The notes below the pieces were generated by a model. That model searched no databases. It was not told the origin of the DNA and saw only the letters and a program-made list of their open reading frames with translations. From Picochlorum sp. SENEW3 (Eukaryota): a stretch of 64,000 bases of DNA. The translations under genes were made by a program, and so were the position numbers. Positions 10,778-22,678 of this stretch are shown here, piece by piece (the first letter of the stretch is position 1; each line of letters opens with the position of its first letter). The stretch covers positions 310,001-374,000 of the forward strand of contig CP120461.1 of NCBI GenBank assembly GCA_034226945.1, in the 5' to 3' direction.

Positions 10778-13700
10778 TCATTGAGTTGTCATATTCTCCA
10801 ATATTTCATGAATCAATCTCCCTCGTTGACTGTTGAATAGCGTTGCGTGTCGCAATTGCAACATTGATCGTATTCTATTCGCTGAAAGCAACAAATCCTC
10901 TTGAATATGGTATTGGTCTCTCCTAGAACCTCGTGTGACACTCTTCCATGAGCACATGGCTTTCCAAGCATTCACTGACATTCTGAGGGAATCCAGGGCA
11001 CTATCCGATCGCGATTCAATACACAACTCAGAATCATTGATTACCTTCTTCACTAACCAGCTTGGCAGTCCGCAAGATTCTGCCATCACTCTCGCAGCCT
11101 TGGGAATATGGCATGCCCTCTCAAGAAGAAGTAGAGACAACCGTTTTGAGCATCTATTCTCGTGAGATGCAGATGCTACATACATGGCAATCTCGAAAAT
11201 ATGAGATTTGCGGTACAAGAAGACATCGTTGGCTGTGCGGAGGCCACAGATGAGCATTCTCTCCAACCATTGCCTCTCAGCCAAGTGTGAAGAATTCCTT
11301 AGCATGAATTTGAGCATCTGAGGAATAGAGCTGTAATCTAGCTGAGGAGCTTTTGTCAATGCTTTTGTGATATTTGAGTAAAGTAGACCTGTTGGACTGA
11401 ACAAAGCAACGCTGGTCTCGGCTGCATAGAATGCATGCATAGCAGGGATTCGCCGGAAAGGAGTCTCAATGGAATTCTTGATCCATCCAAGCACAAGCCT
11501 GTGGAGCACAATACATATTCAGCAATGCAAAACGGTGCAATCGCACAAAAAACAACTACACACGTACTTTACTCTGTCAAATTCGTGATGGATAGGATCC
11601 GTTGACAAAGGGCTCACAGACTTTCCTTCAAGCAAATACAAGCATTCCAAGGCAATACCTCTCATGTGAGCATCTGCTGACCCCAAGGACCTCAACAAAA
11701 CTGGCAACAGTAAAGAATCTATAATATCTGCACATTCTATTGCATCATTTCGTAGTGAAAAGAGACACAACGGTAGCAAAAACGATGGATCATAGGCAGA
11801 CTTTTCATAGCTCATCCTGTACTCTGGGGCAATGTTGCTTGCCAGAGCATCATCAGGCAGTCTATCACTGTCGAACAAGCGTCTCCATTCTGGGAAGTTA
11901 GCCGAAAGTATGGCGCATCTGATAGGATTAATTTTCAAACCACGTGAGGAGGAAGATAATGCCGCGTTCCCCCAGAGGAACCGGAGTTTTGCTATTGGTC
12001 CCTGCATGATTGCCTCCATGCGAAATGCAAAATGGCCATTATTAAAGTCACCATGGCTTGCCCTTTCTCTTTTCCACGCTCTCTCATTCAAACACTTAAT
12101 CAGACTCCATACAGCCATATCGGTCGCACTAAGTGATGCACCATAGGAAGCAAGCAAATACTGCAGCAAAGCAAATTCTCCGGTTCTGAATGATTCAATA
12201 AATTCTGATTGCAATTCTGGTGAAATCTGTGACTCGAAATGAGAGAGCAAGTCTAATACACTTTCTATAATCTCACAAATTTCATTCTTGACCGTATCTG
12301 TCGTTGATGGCAACCTTACTTTGCCGAATCCCCTGGCATCTGAAAACGACAAAGAAACACATCCCGTCAAGGTACCCAACGGCAAATGATTCGAGAGATA
12401 CTCTTGGGGAATTTCAAAACCACGAGATGTCGCATCCTGTAAACATTTTAGGAGATTATTATGTGAGATCATGTATAAGAAAGCTGACGCGAGGTCTCTA
12501 TACATGTCATTTTCCATGGGAAAGGTGCCATTGGAGAGCCTCTCACAGTCATCTTCCTGCGGCACCAATGCAGCAGTGAAGCGACGCAACTCCCTCCAGA
12601 TATCAATTTCCTGAGGAAATACTGTTATAAGTTTTGGTAGGCACTCTTTCGTCAAAGTATGGATCAGAGGTTTAAAATACCGTGTAAGTCTCTCATCGTT
12701 GTTGAATCCTGCCAGCAGATCCCCCAGACAATTCAGAAGCTCAAGCAATGGCGCGAGAACCTGAAAATTATCTTCCATGCAGAATATAATGGCCCTCATG
12801 GCCCATATGGAAGCTTGACATGTGAACTCTGGGAGGTCTATATCGCCTAAGCTTGATTTTGAGGCTCTGCCCAATGCCAAGACAAACATTTGCAGCACCT
12901 CAATCTTATTCCTCAACTTGGGATTCCCCAAGGATTCATTTGCCCCGAAAACTTTCTTAGGGTTCATCTCAATGAATTCAGTGATTTGTTTAGACACTTG
13001 TACGTCCCACTGCCCCAGATGTAGCAATCTTTTTATTGTGGGAGTCAAAAATGTCTCAAGACGTGTAAATGCAACCCTTTCCTCATCCGAGACAGTTTCA
13101 ACATCCACCTCCTTTTTCGAAAAAACATACTGCATTAAAACATGTAGATATGCATTTCTAACGTCATCCAAATCTTCTTGCGATAGGACTGAACTGTTGA
13201 TTGATAAGCATTTGTCCAAAATTGGGATGAGGCGAGCAAGGCCTAATCTTCTCTTGTACTTTGTCTTCTTTTCTTTCGCCTTTTCGAGATGCTCTGTCAA
13301 ATTACGCAACAAAAGTCTGGCATCCACAAACTTTGCTAAAGCCACCAAGGTAGTCACGCACCTTGAGTCGTCAAGATGCATGAACAAACCATCCATAAGG
13401 AAAGTAGTCAAACCAGCCAATTCTGAGACTGCCTGCCCAGATGTCTCCTGGGAGTCCATCAGTAAGTTTAAACTACCAAACATGACCAGAATGGGTACAT
13501 GTCGATTGCTGATATCATGTTTGCCATGTTTCTCTAACTGTGCTGTTAGAGCACGGGCAACATCTGATATAATTTGCATACTGATCCTCTCTGAAATTTG
13601 AATTTTCTTCAGAAACACACGACTGATCGCATCAAACATTGCGTGGAAGAACACAGAATCAGGAGATCTAAACATCTGTTCGATGAGATCTATGATCCAA

Positions 13701-16700
13701 GATGCTATGATGTCAAGCCTCAGGAGATTGATGGAGCTGCGGCACTGTTCAATCAGCAAGCAAAGGACAATGTCTCTATTCTCCCACATTCGCGTCATGG
13801 AGATATCTTCCAATCTGCTATTTTCATAACAAGAAAGTACATATGCGTACATTTCAGTCTTTGAATCGCTTTCCAAGGAGGCAAAACATTGAATTATCTG
13901 CCCTACTGAATGTGTGACACTTATATCAGCCCTGTCCAATCTGCTTCCCAGGAATTCCCAAAAAGAGCGTGTACTTGTGCCGAAAAATGCTTCTACCGCT
14001 TTTGAGGCATTGTCTTCTGACTTTGATACATAGCGTTTTAGAGTATCAACGACATCGATGGTGGTAGAGGCAACTTCTTCTGGAGCTCCAAACAAAAGAA
14101 AGTGCTGGAAGCACGTCATGAACTGGTACACATCTGCAGAGACAAGCGACTCCACGCTCTGGCCACTGGAATCATCTTGGCTGTAAATCGAATAGAATCT
14201 ACTATTTAAAAATCCTCGAACATGTGTCGGAGAGATGGATGACAGAGTGCGACACAAAGGAGGAACATAAGATGCCCATCCACCTTCATCTGCTTGACTG
14301 CTTTTATGAAAACCAGACTTTGACTTCTTCCTATCCCTCTCCATACTCAATACTTGAAAATCTTTGATTATATTCAGTATCCATTCATAACTGCCGTGCT
14401 CAAGTTCTTTACAAAGCTGGAGCATTGATTCTGGCAAATATTCTTCAGGAGTGGCATGCTTTCTCTTCTTGTTTCCATTTGACATCTCTTGAGTTATTTC
14501 TTCCCCCAATACATGCATCAACACAGCAATGTAAGAGTAAGGGTTTACTGAAATCAGCAAACTACTCAATATAACATGTTTTAGGAACAAAAGGACAAGA
14601 CTTTTATCCCCAGCATTGCGCTTTGATTTCAGTATCCTACATGCCCGTTGCACAGCGCAAGCAAATAATGGAGTAACTTCGCTCGCATCGAGATCAATAT
14701 CAGTCAATATACCAGGCTCATCACACGCTTTGGACAAGATTTCAAAATAATGAGTCGGTCTTCTAATTGTTGCCTTTAAAGCGTCGACAAAAAAGTCAAG
14801 CACAAAACCAGAATCCCTGTAAAGAAAAGAGAGGCTGAACATGTCAAAACTCCCATCATCATCAATGAACAGATCCATCAAACGTACGCTGGTAGATTAT
14901 CAAGCCAAACTAGAGTTCCAGAGGTACCCTGGCAGAATATTCTGGTCGAACACAATTGATCAACTAACCATTCGTGGCACAGAGAAGACACGTCCTCAGG
15001 ATCACCTTGGCGAACTCTGTCTACCCACAAAAGCTTCAAGATTGACTCAAACTTTGGACTCAGTATAGAATGTTTACTATACTGGGATGCTATATTCATC
15101 AACTGCATATATTCTTTCTGGTTTTGAGAATGTAAAACTCCAATGTTATCCGGCACAAGTTTGTCAATCTGCACATTGCTTTCTGCCAATGATTCTGGGA
15201 AGGCACGTATCCACTCCCTTAAAAGTCTTAACGATCCTGACCTCCGGATAGATCTTTGAGCGTGATCATGCTGATTGTCACACACTTTACTATGATATGC
15301 GACCACAAGCTGAATGTCTGGAACGTGCTTCCTTGCTATCTGTCTCAACTTGTCAGCAACACTATCTATTCTCTCCACCTCATCAGCTCGTTCTAGGAAC
15401 CCTAGCACTCTATTAAGACTTTGCAATATTCGTTCCAACATGAGGGCGCTTACATGGGCCACGAAAGGAGCAGCATGCTGGATGCCTTTTGACAGAGATG
15501 CCTTTGAGATCTTTGATGACATCACAGCCTTCCAATTGGCCAACAATACTTGTCTCTCAAACAGATCGACTGATCCTATATGCTTCAATCCCGTAATCAC
15601 ATTGTCAAGAGCAATAATCGTGATAGCTGAGTTGGCCGCGAATGAAGACGTTTCTCTGGGCTCGATATCAAGAGGCATTTCAGACAAATACAGCATGGCA
15701 ACTAGCTGATCACTTTCAAAAACATGCTGTAATAATGAAAAGATCCTGTGAGACGGCCCTGGTTTCATTCCCAACAAAATTTTAAGTACTCTTCTTTTGG
15801 AGCTTTTTGCAGTACTCAGGTTATCGTAAAAGAGGCATTCATGAAGAGAAGTCTTTCCATCTGTTACTCCAAGACGTGTATCTGTCAATATCTTTGTGAG
15901 CAGGAGGCTTGCTTCATGGGCCACTTCGTCAGCACCAGTATCATCACCCGCCCTCTGCATTATTGCAATAAGCTGCCCGATGAACTTGTCAGAGAGGACG
16001 GCTGCCTTGGTTGGAGGCGTCAAAACATCACTAGGTTGCTCCAGAACACATGTTTTGACCAGTGAGAGAACCATCAATTGGGCATCATAAGGATCTCTAC
16101 TGATATAATGCATCACATTACTTGCAAAATATTTCATACTGAGCAGTAAGGGTAGCCGCAGCTCGTCGCAGTTTGAAACCATTGACTTGAAAAACTGAAC
16201 AAATGCCACCCTTGTGGGCCTCTTGGAGAGATCGTCACTATCCCATAATCTTCGAGCATACAATCCATCTCCTTCATCATCTGCTGCATTCATCATTTTA
16301 CCACCAGATACTTTAGGAGGAACGCCAACCACTTTGAGTGCGTTTAGGGAGAAATCAAATTGTTTCAATATCCTAGTCACAAAGCGAGCACCATGGTCTG
16401 CGATACATGACATCAAAATAAGCCCGCATGATACCTTTGTCCTATTTCCAGAGGACAAAAGATTATACAACATGCGTATTCGTCTCGAATGAATCAATTG
16501 CTCGCAAACATACTCCCCTGTAGTACCAGGGTGCTTCATGAGGGATTCAAGCACAAAACAAAGATTCTCCACATACTGAGGAGACGCATTCTGCACGAAA
16601 AACACCATAATAATCGCCTGAGATATTTCTGCACGCATCCATAGCACCTACCTTGACAAGGCCCAAGTCCCAAAGATGGAACAACTCTCCTTGCTCTGGA

Positions 16701-16831
16701 CTCCTGGCTGCAAGCTTGGCAACAAACCCTTCATCTCGCACTAATTCAGCCAAGCGTTTCACCGCATATCGAGACCCATTCTCATCTTTTGAGTGCCTAA
16801 TCTGAGCCAATACTTCAACCAATGCGTCCAT
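10778..16831 (-). CDS. URB1: Nucleolar pre-ribosomal-associated protein 1 (URB1/Npa1); 4 exons
   Basis: Four consecutive minus-strand ORFs are joined in frame by GT-AG introns 16591-16651, 14817-14887 and 11499-11567. The product is a large helical protein with the AYDPSFLLPL motif typical of the Npa1 C-terminal region. Confidence 0.75.
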
Positions 16832-17087
16832 TCTGACCACTGTTTGCAACGCAATGCATTCAAAAAGACACTTGATCGATATCAGGGACAGAATCCGTCC
16901 ATTCTCGACCCTCTATTACTTCCTAAAACGTTATTTGAATGGATTATTTCAACAAAAAGCGAACAAACTGCGTCGCTCTGGGGAATCCTTTTTTTCTTTG
17001 AACATGCATGAAAAAGTTTGTACTACAAATGCCGATTGGGAATTATTTGTCCTTGGTACAAATAATTTACATAACCTATTTGATGCA

Positions 17088-18245
17088 CTATGTATCAGTG
17101 TCACTTATATTGCGAAAGTATCTCTTAATGCCCGTCATCGAATCCATGGAACAACTAGCCACATCAGCTGCAGCAACAACCCGAATCGAGCAGCCATCTA
17201 CATTCACATTGTCATTAATTTCCCTTTCCAGAGCATCCCTATTCATTTGAGGAACATTGCGATGCTCTGTGCCCCATAATACATACACATGGCCACCATC
17301 TTCCAATTCAGATGCGATGAAACCAAGCCTCTTTCCCCAAGCATGAATCTCCTCCTCTCTCAGCCGTCTCTCTTCCATTCCCGATCTCCGATGAATTCGT
17401 ATGTAGTGAAACTCCTTTGACGTCACTGAGAGTGCAATGGGTAGGACGGCCTTTTTATCTTGCGAGCCGTCCCGATATGTTTCATGCTTTAGTTCATCAG
17501 AAGAGACCCAACTCACCCCCAGGTGCTTCAAGGCCTCGGTACACCTTTTCCTCCAGGATACATCCGTCCACCAACGTCTATTTCTAAATTCTACCGCCAT
17601 CTGATATCGCAGGTCAAGCCTCTTCCTGCATTCTTCTACGTATGCAAGTGTCTCTTCACTGGGAGCAAACTGCAGAGGGAACTGAAACATAACAACCGCC
17701 ATCTTATCACATCTGTACACTTCATGTAACGCAGCATGAAATGCATTCCAGCAGGCATCCACAGCTCCAGAAGGCATCTCACGCAATTGGACCATGATAT
17801 TGGACTGTTTGTAAGGCATATTCAGCATGTCCCTCACCCTGCTCGGAAGCTGCCCATACTGGATTTCTCTGGAACAAAACAGTCCATACGCCTTGAAATG
17901 AAACAAAAATCTCTCAGGGCTCGTTGTATTGCTGCGACGAGGTGTCAGCATGCACCATTTCTTGACATATTCTGGACTAGGTATAGAGTACGTTGAGGTA
18001 TTCATCTCCACACTCGGCCATTGTCGAGAGTAGTATTCCAATTGCCTATCTGCCTGACTCTTCTTCTTCTTTCCATCAGTGTTCTGTACACGCTGTCGCC
18101 CCAAGTGCTGAGGATACTGCTGCCCAGAAAACCCACAGGCTCCCTGGTACAGGTAGATGACCTTTTCTTGTGGCACCTGGCCAGCTTTTGGACCCTCCTG
18201 CTCTGTGGACATATAGAGTGAGAATTTGTAGTTCATGGGATACAT
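17088..18245 (-). CDS. DUF72 (UPF0759) family protein
   Basis: LEYYSRQWPSVEMNTSTY, FHFKA, FQFP, AVEFRNRRW and YIRIH are DUF72 motifs. Confidence 0.85.
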   Translation of the reverse strand: MYPMNYKFSLYMSTEQEGPKAGQVPQEKVIYLYQGACGFSGQQYPQHLGRQRVQNTDGKKKKSQADRQLEYYSRQWPSVEMNTSTYSIPSPEYVKKWCMLTPRRSNTTSPERFLFHFKAYGLFCSREIQYGQLPSRVRDMLNMPYKQSNIMVQLREMPSGAVDACWNAFHAALHEVYRCDKMAVVMFQFPLQFAPSEETLAYVEECRKRLDLRYQMAVEFRNRRWWTDVSWRKRCTEALKHLGVSWVSSDELKHETYRDGSQDKKAVLPIALSVTSKEFHYIRIHRRSGMEERRLREEEIHAWGKRLGFIASELEDGGHVYVLWGTEHRNVPQMNRDALEREINDNVNVDGCSIRVVAAADVASCSMDSMTGIKRYFRNISDTDT

Positions 18246-18461
18246 CTAATACCGCATGTCCCATATGTATCAGAAATCTGAAAAAAGTCCTTATTTGAAA
18301 AGCAAAAAACAAAGTCTGTGTCGCAGGATTGCTCTTTGATCCGATACTTGTGATGGCACCCGAATATCCAGAGCGATTATTAATTCGATTTAAATTAAAG
18401 TGAATCGACAGTGGGGATCCACACGATAGAAAAGGGGCAAGGAAGGATAGAAAACGTCACA

Positions 18462-18986
18462 ATGCCTGCCAAGGGAGAGAAGAAGAGCACTGATGACAGC
18501 ATGAATACCAATGTTAAATCATCACAGCAGAAAAAGGAGCCCCGTAAGCCAGCAAAATACGGACATTATGAGAGAACTGTGGTGGACTATGTCAGAACCG
18601 CGACGGCGAAGAATGTGTGGTACTACAGGTGCGTCGATTTGATTCGAATCAAATTTTCAAGATTTGTTTTAGCCATAGTAATGACAATGTGCATGTACAG
18701 GGATCGCTTGAGTACTCCAAGAGGGCCATGTTCTCTACCAGTCCTGAGGGAGTGTTGGGTGAACGGTATTATTGACGAAAACACTCTTGTGTGGGGGCAA
18801 GGATTGGCTGATTGGTTGCCTGTGAAGAATGTTAGAACTCTTGTTCCTCAGATACGGACGTTAGAAGTGCAGGCTGCGACGTGGATGAAGAAGACATTTT
18901 CATTAAAGCCTGCTCTGAACCAGATTCGCAAGGAGAGAGCCGCACAGAGGCTGCATACGAGCTCACAAGTAGACAATATGTATTAA
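18462..18986 (+). CDS. GYF_2 (DUF4339) domain protein, Tic56-like; 2 exons
   Basis: Removing the in-frame 72-nt intron 18629-18700 (GTGCGT...TACAG) gives WYYRDRLSTPRGPCSLPVLRECWVNGIIDENTLVWGQGLADWLP, a GYF_2 domain resembling plastid import component Tic56. Confidence 0.75.
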   Translation: MPAKGEKKSTDDSMNTNVKSSQQKKEPRKPAKYGHYERTVVDYVRTATAKNVWYYRCVDLIRIKFSRFVLAIVMTMCMYRDRLSTPRGPCSLPVLRECWVNGIIDENTLVWGQGLADWLPVKNVRTLVPQIRTLEVQAATWMKKTFSLKPALNQIRKERAAQRLHTSSQVDNMY

Positions 18987-19026
18987 TTCATGGAATACTA
19001 TACGAATGAAATGTAAATAAAAGGTG

Positions 19027-21066
19027 TTATTTTGTTTGCATGACTTGGTGTAGGGCATCAGTGCTGATTTCTATGGAGCCGAGTTTTCTGAGTTTCTTCT
19101 TGCCTTGCTTTTGCTTTTCCAAAAGCTTGCGTTTCCTGCTGATATCGCCCCCGTAGCATTTTGCGAGGACATTCTTCCTATAGGATTTGATTGTCTCTCG
19201 GGAGACGATTCGGCCTCCGGCTGATGCTTGTAGGGCGACGTCGAATTGCTGCCTGCTCATGAGTTTCTTCAAGTTTTGACAGACTTCTCTCCCAACTTTT
19301 TCAGCTTTGGATCGATGTACAACTCGAGCGAGCGCATCGACTGATTCTCCATTGACAAGTATGTCCATGCGGACGAGATCAGCTTCCCGTGGTGTGTGTT
19401 CCTCGTAATCAAAACTTGCATATCCTGATGAGAGGGATTTCAGCTCGTCATAGAAATCGCCGCCTAGCTCCGATAGTGGTATAATGTAGCGCAGCATGAC
19501 TCTATTTGAAGACAATGGATTGTGCTCTACAAGTTCACCTCGGCGAGATTGGCACAGTGTCATGGCACCTCCAAGCATGTCTGATGGAAGTATGATTGTG
19601 CTGAGAACTGTAGGCTCCATGACTTGACGTATCTTTTCATTTGTGGGGTATTCTGCTGGGTTTTGAATCTCTATCCATTCTCCAGATGATTTTTTAATTT
19701 GTATTGGCACGGTAGGAGCAGTAATGATCACGCTCGCTCCGTGTTCTTGCTCTAACCTCTGTCGAAACACATCCATGTGCAACAAGCCCAAGAAACCACA
19801 GCGGAATCCAGCTCCCAAAGCAGACGAATTCTCCCGTTTGAATTGAGCTGAAGAGTCATTTAACGTTAATTTCTCCATAGCAGCTTGGAGTGGATCGAAC
19901 TCTGCCGCATTGATTGGAAAAATACCTGCAAAAACCATAGACTTGGGCTCTCTAAACCCTGGCAAGGCATCGACAGGCTTTTTCACCAAGTGCCAAGTAT
20001 CCCCAATTTTAGCACTCTTGGTATTTTTCATTCCAGTTAAAATATATCCTACTTGTCCTGTGAATAGCGTGTTCTGGGCACACGGATCAGGAGTCAGAAG
20101 ACCCACTTCTAATACATCCCAAACATCTCCAGATGCCTTTGACGCAATTTTATCCCCTTTCTGAACTTTCCCATCCACGACCAATATCAAGCATACAACA
20201 CCTCTATATTCATCATGATATGCATCGAAAACAAGCATACGCGCGTGTGCTGACGCATCATCTCCCTGGGGTGCTGGGACCCTTTCCACAATTGACCGCA
20301 GCAATGCATTTACACCAAGACCAGTCTTGGCAGAAACAGGAATGCATTCCTCTTTATTCAAATCAAAATTCTCCTCCAGTTGCTCTGCAACCTTTTCAGG
20401 ATCAGCGGCCGGCATATCAATCTTATTCAAAACTGGGATAATTGCAAGGTCTTGCTCAAACGCAAGGAAGAAATTGGCTACTGTCTGAGCCTGGATTCCT
20501 TGTGCTGCATCCACCAGCAATAACGCACCATCACATGCCGCCAAAGACCGAGATACTTCATATGAAAAATCCACATGCCCGGGTGTATCGATCAAATTCA
20601 ATAAATAGCGTTCTCCATCCACAGAGTACACCAAGGATGATGTCTGTGCCTTCACTGTAATCCCTCGTTCCTTCTCCACCTGCAGCGTATCTAGTCGCCT
20701 ATTCGCTCCTTGTCGAATAGCCCCAGTATATTCCATCATTCTATCAGCCAAAGTACTCTTCCCATGATCAATATGCGCAATAATAGAAAAGTTTCTGATA
20801 CGCTGTTGGGGAAAATCCTTTACAGACCATGTCCCATCATGGAATCCCTCTGCTGCATCCTTACCCTGCTCCGATGTGACACGGTTCTTTTCATTGGCAG
20901 CATCATGCCTGGTTTGAGCATCCTCATGCACCCACCAGCGCTGCAGGCCCGCTGCAGCTTGAGGAAGGACAAGAGTGGAAGAAGCTGAGGTAGGCAGCTC
21001 CCAAGCTGCCAGAGCCCTCGCATACAACGATGACAACACAGAGTTTGAAATACGCCGATATCGCAT
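19027..21066 (-). CDS. GUF1: Translation factor GUF1/LepA (EF4), mitochondrial-type
   Basis: IRNFSIIAHIDHGKSTLADR, DTPGHVDF, NKID and KCYGGDISRKRKLLEKQK, with an R/S-rich presequence. Confidence 0.95.
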   Translation of the reverse strand: MRYRRISNSVLSSLYARALAAWELPTSASSTLVLPQAAAGLQRWWVHEDAQTRHDAANEKNRVTSEQGKDAAEGFHDGTWSVKDFPQQRIRNFSIIAHIDHGKSTLADRMMEYTGAIRQGANRRLDTLQVEKERGITVKAQTSSLVYSVDGERYLLNLIDTPGHVDFSYEVSRSLAACDGALLLVDAAQGIQAQTVANFFLAFEQDLAIIPVLNKIDMPAADPEKVAEQLEENFDLNKEECIPVSAKTGLGVNALLRSIVERVPAPQGDDASAHARMLVFDAYHDEYRGVVCLILVVDGKVQKGDKIASKASGDVWDVLEVGLLTPDPCAQNTLFTGQVGYILTGMKNTKSAKIGDTWHLVKKPVDALPGFREPKSMVFAGIFPINAAEFDPLQAAMEKLTLNDSSAQFKRENSSALGAGFRCGFLGLLHMDVFRQRLEQEHGASVIITAPTVPIQIKKSSGEWIEIQNPAEYPTNEKIRQVMEPTVLSTIILPSDMLGGAMTLCQSRRGELVEHNPLSSNRVMLRYIIPLSELGGDFYDELKSLSSGYASFDYEEHTPREADLVRMDILVNGESVDALARVVHRSKAEKVGREVCQNLKKLMSRQQFDVALQASAGGRIVSRETIKSYRKNVLAKCYGGDISRKRKLLEKQKQGKKKLRKLGSIEISTDALHQVMQTK

Positions 21067-21393
21067 CCTATCTACACGACTATACTATCAGTGCTTTGGC
21101 ACCCTGCCCAGGAAAAAAAAAAGTTTGCATGTCAGCCACCTGTGTCCGCCAATTACACGCAGATTGGCCCCATATAATGCATTTGACTTCTATTGAAACA
21201 CTTGTAAAGTCTATTCATCTACCCAGAGCCTGAATATCGTGGACATCATGACAGGGGTTCTGTCAAAAAAATCCAGAAACCCTTATTATTAGGGTTTTTA
21301 TATCGAGACGTCTCCCGAGAAAAGAAAAATTCGCCATCATCATCCACCCGCGACTTGTACTCACCACTGTCGTCGCATTGCAGCATACTATAA

Positions 21394-22518
21394 TTGACCA
21401 AACCATGTACTGGTGCCATTGAGGCAGTACCATGTCACGACGGTACTGATTTGCTCTGGTCATCGTCACAGGACCAAGAAGAAGACCACAAGTTTTTTCA
21501 AACAAAAGACACCCCCTTGTCTGTCCGGGGTGAGGAAGTGACAATGCCAGCCAGCCATCCTCATACAAGACTATCACATGAGAAGGCCATTCTCCTCGCC
21601 GTCAGTGGCATTGCCGGGGCTATAGCGGCTGTGCGTAGCAGAGGTCATCGGATGCATGCGGCTTCTGTGATGGAGCACACATTGTCAGATGTTGCAGTGA
21701 GCCAGCATGAGATACGACACGAGGCAGAGTCCAAGAAATATCGAGGGAAAAGTGTTCTATTCTCGTTTGTTGGGATTGTGCTACATGCGAGCATCTCATG
21801 TGCCTTGATCTGGAGAATGACCGATGCGTCTGTTGCAGCAAACCACAATGCTCTGGCGTTGGGTTTCGCGAGCATTGCGCTTCTCATACTCCACGCGTGG
21901 TTTATATCGTCACATCAAAAACGTAAAAAAGGGAAGGTTCAGGAAGAAGTGGTCGCATCTTCTGCTCCCAGCACGATGCACATGGATCGAGGCCATGTCA
22001 ACACTGCTGTACAACAACACCTGCCTGCCTACATGAAAAGCTGCAACGGCCGGTGGATCAAAGACAGAGAAGCAAGTGACAGTATGGACCCTGTATGTGA
22101 CATCATGGGAATTGGAGGGATCATGAAGGCGGCAATACGTTTAATTGTTGGGTCTGACGTGACATTTCTTGACAATCCCCAAAGCCCAGCCTCCTTTCAG
22201 TTTGCAGCATTTAGTGTCATCAGGTGGTTCAAAATACGAGAGCGTTATCCCTTGTTTAACACGAGCTTATCACTCGTACATCATAGACGTAGAGATTTTC
22301 GACCTGGAGGGATGCAAGGGCGGATTCATGTGCAACATGATGCACAAACAAACAGGCCAACGGTGCTCATTGATAATGCCTTTTATGGACACAGAGCAGG
22401 TACTATGAAGGAAGTGTTCACCTGGCCTCGCGAGGATGTCATGCATGTCGACACCGTCATCACGAATGACCATGGATCGGCATCATTCCTTCAGATCTTT
22501 CACAGGAAGAAAACATAG
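21394..22518 (+). CDS. Hypothetical membrane protein with a C-terminal beta-rich (lipocalin/FABP-like) domain
   Basis: 374-codon ORF with 2-3 hydrophobic segments and a GRWIKD...S motif like the calycin GxW start. The first in-frame ATG is at 21544, so the start is uncertain. Confidence 0.6.
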   Translation: MTKPCTGAIEAVPCHDGTDLLWSSSQDQEEDHKFFQTKDTPLSVRGEEVTMPASHPHTRLSHEKAILLAVSGIAGAIAAVRSRGHRMHAASVMEHTLSDVAVSQHEIRHEAESKKYRGKSVLFSFVGIVLHASISCALIWRMTDASVAANHNALALGFASIALLILHAWFISSHQKRKKGKVQEEVVASSAPSTMHMDRGHVNTAVQQHLPAYMKSCNGRWIKDREASDSMDPVCDIMGIGGIMKAAIRLIVGSDVTFLDNPQSPASFQFAAFSVIRWFKIRERYPLFNTSLSLVHHRRRDFRPGGMQGRIHVQHDAQTNRPTVLIDNAFYGHRAGTMKEVFTWPREDVMHVDTVITNDHGSASFLQIFHRKKT

Positions 22519-22678
22519 TCCGGAGCTCCTTGCTATCAAGAAGATATCATACTGCATCTTATCCGGTCAAGTGACGAGATAAGATTTCAAGGTCGCCTGC
22601 TTCAAACGCCACACTGATGCATTAAAAATACATTATAATTGATATTGTGTATAGAAACATACGTATAGTGCCAGAAGG

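Noticed and set aside
18629..18700. Hydrophobic insert in the Tic56-like ORF
   Set aside because: It is an in-frame 72-nt GT-AG intron; removing it restores the domain.
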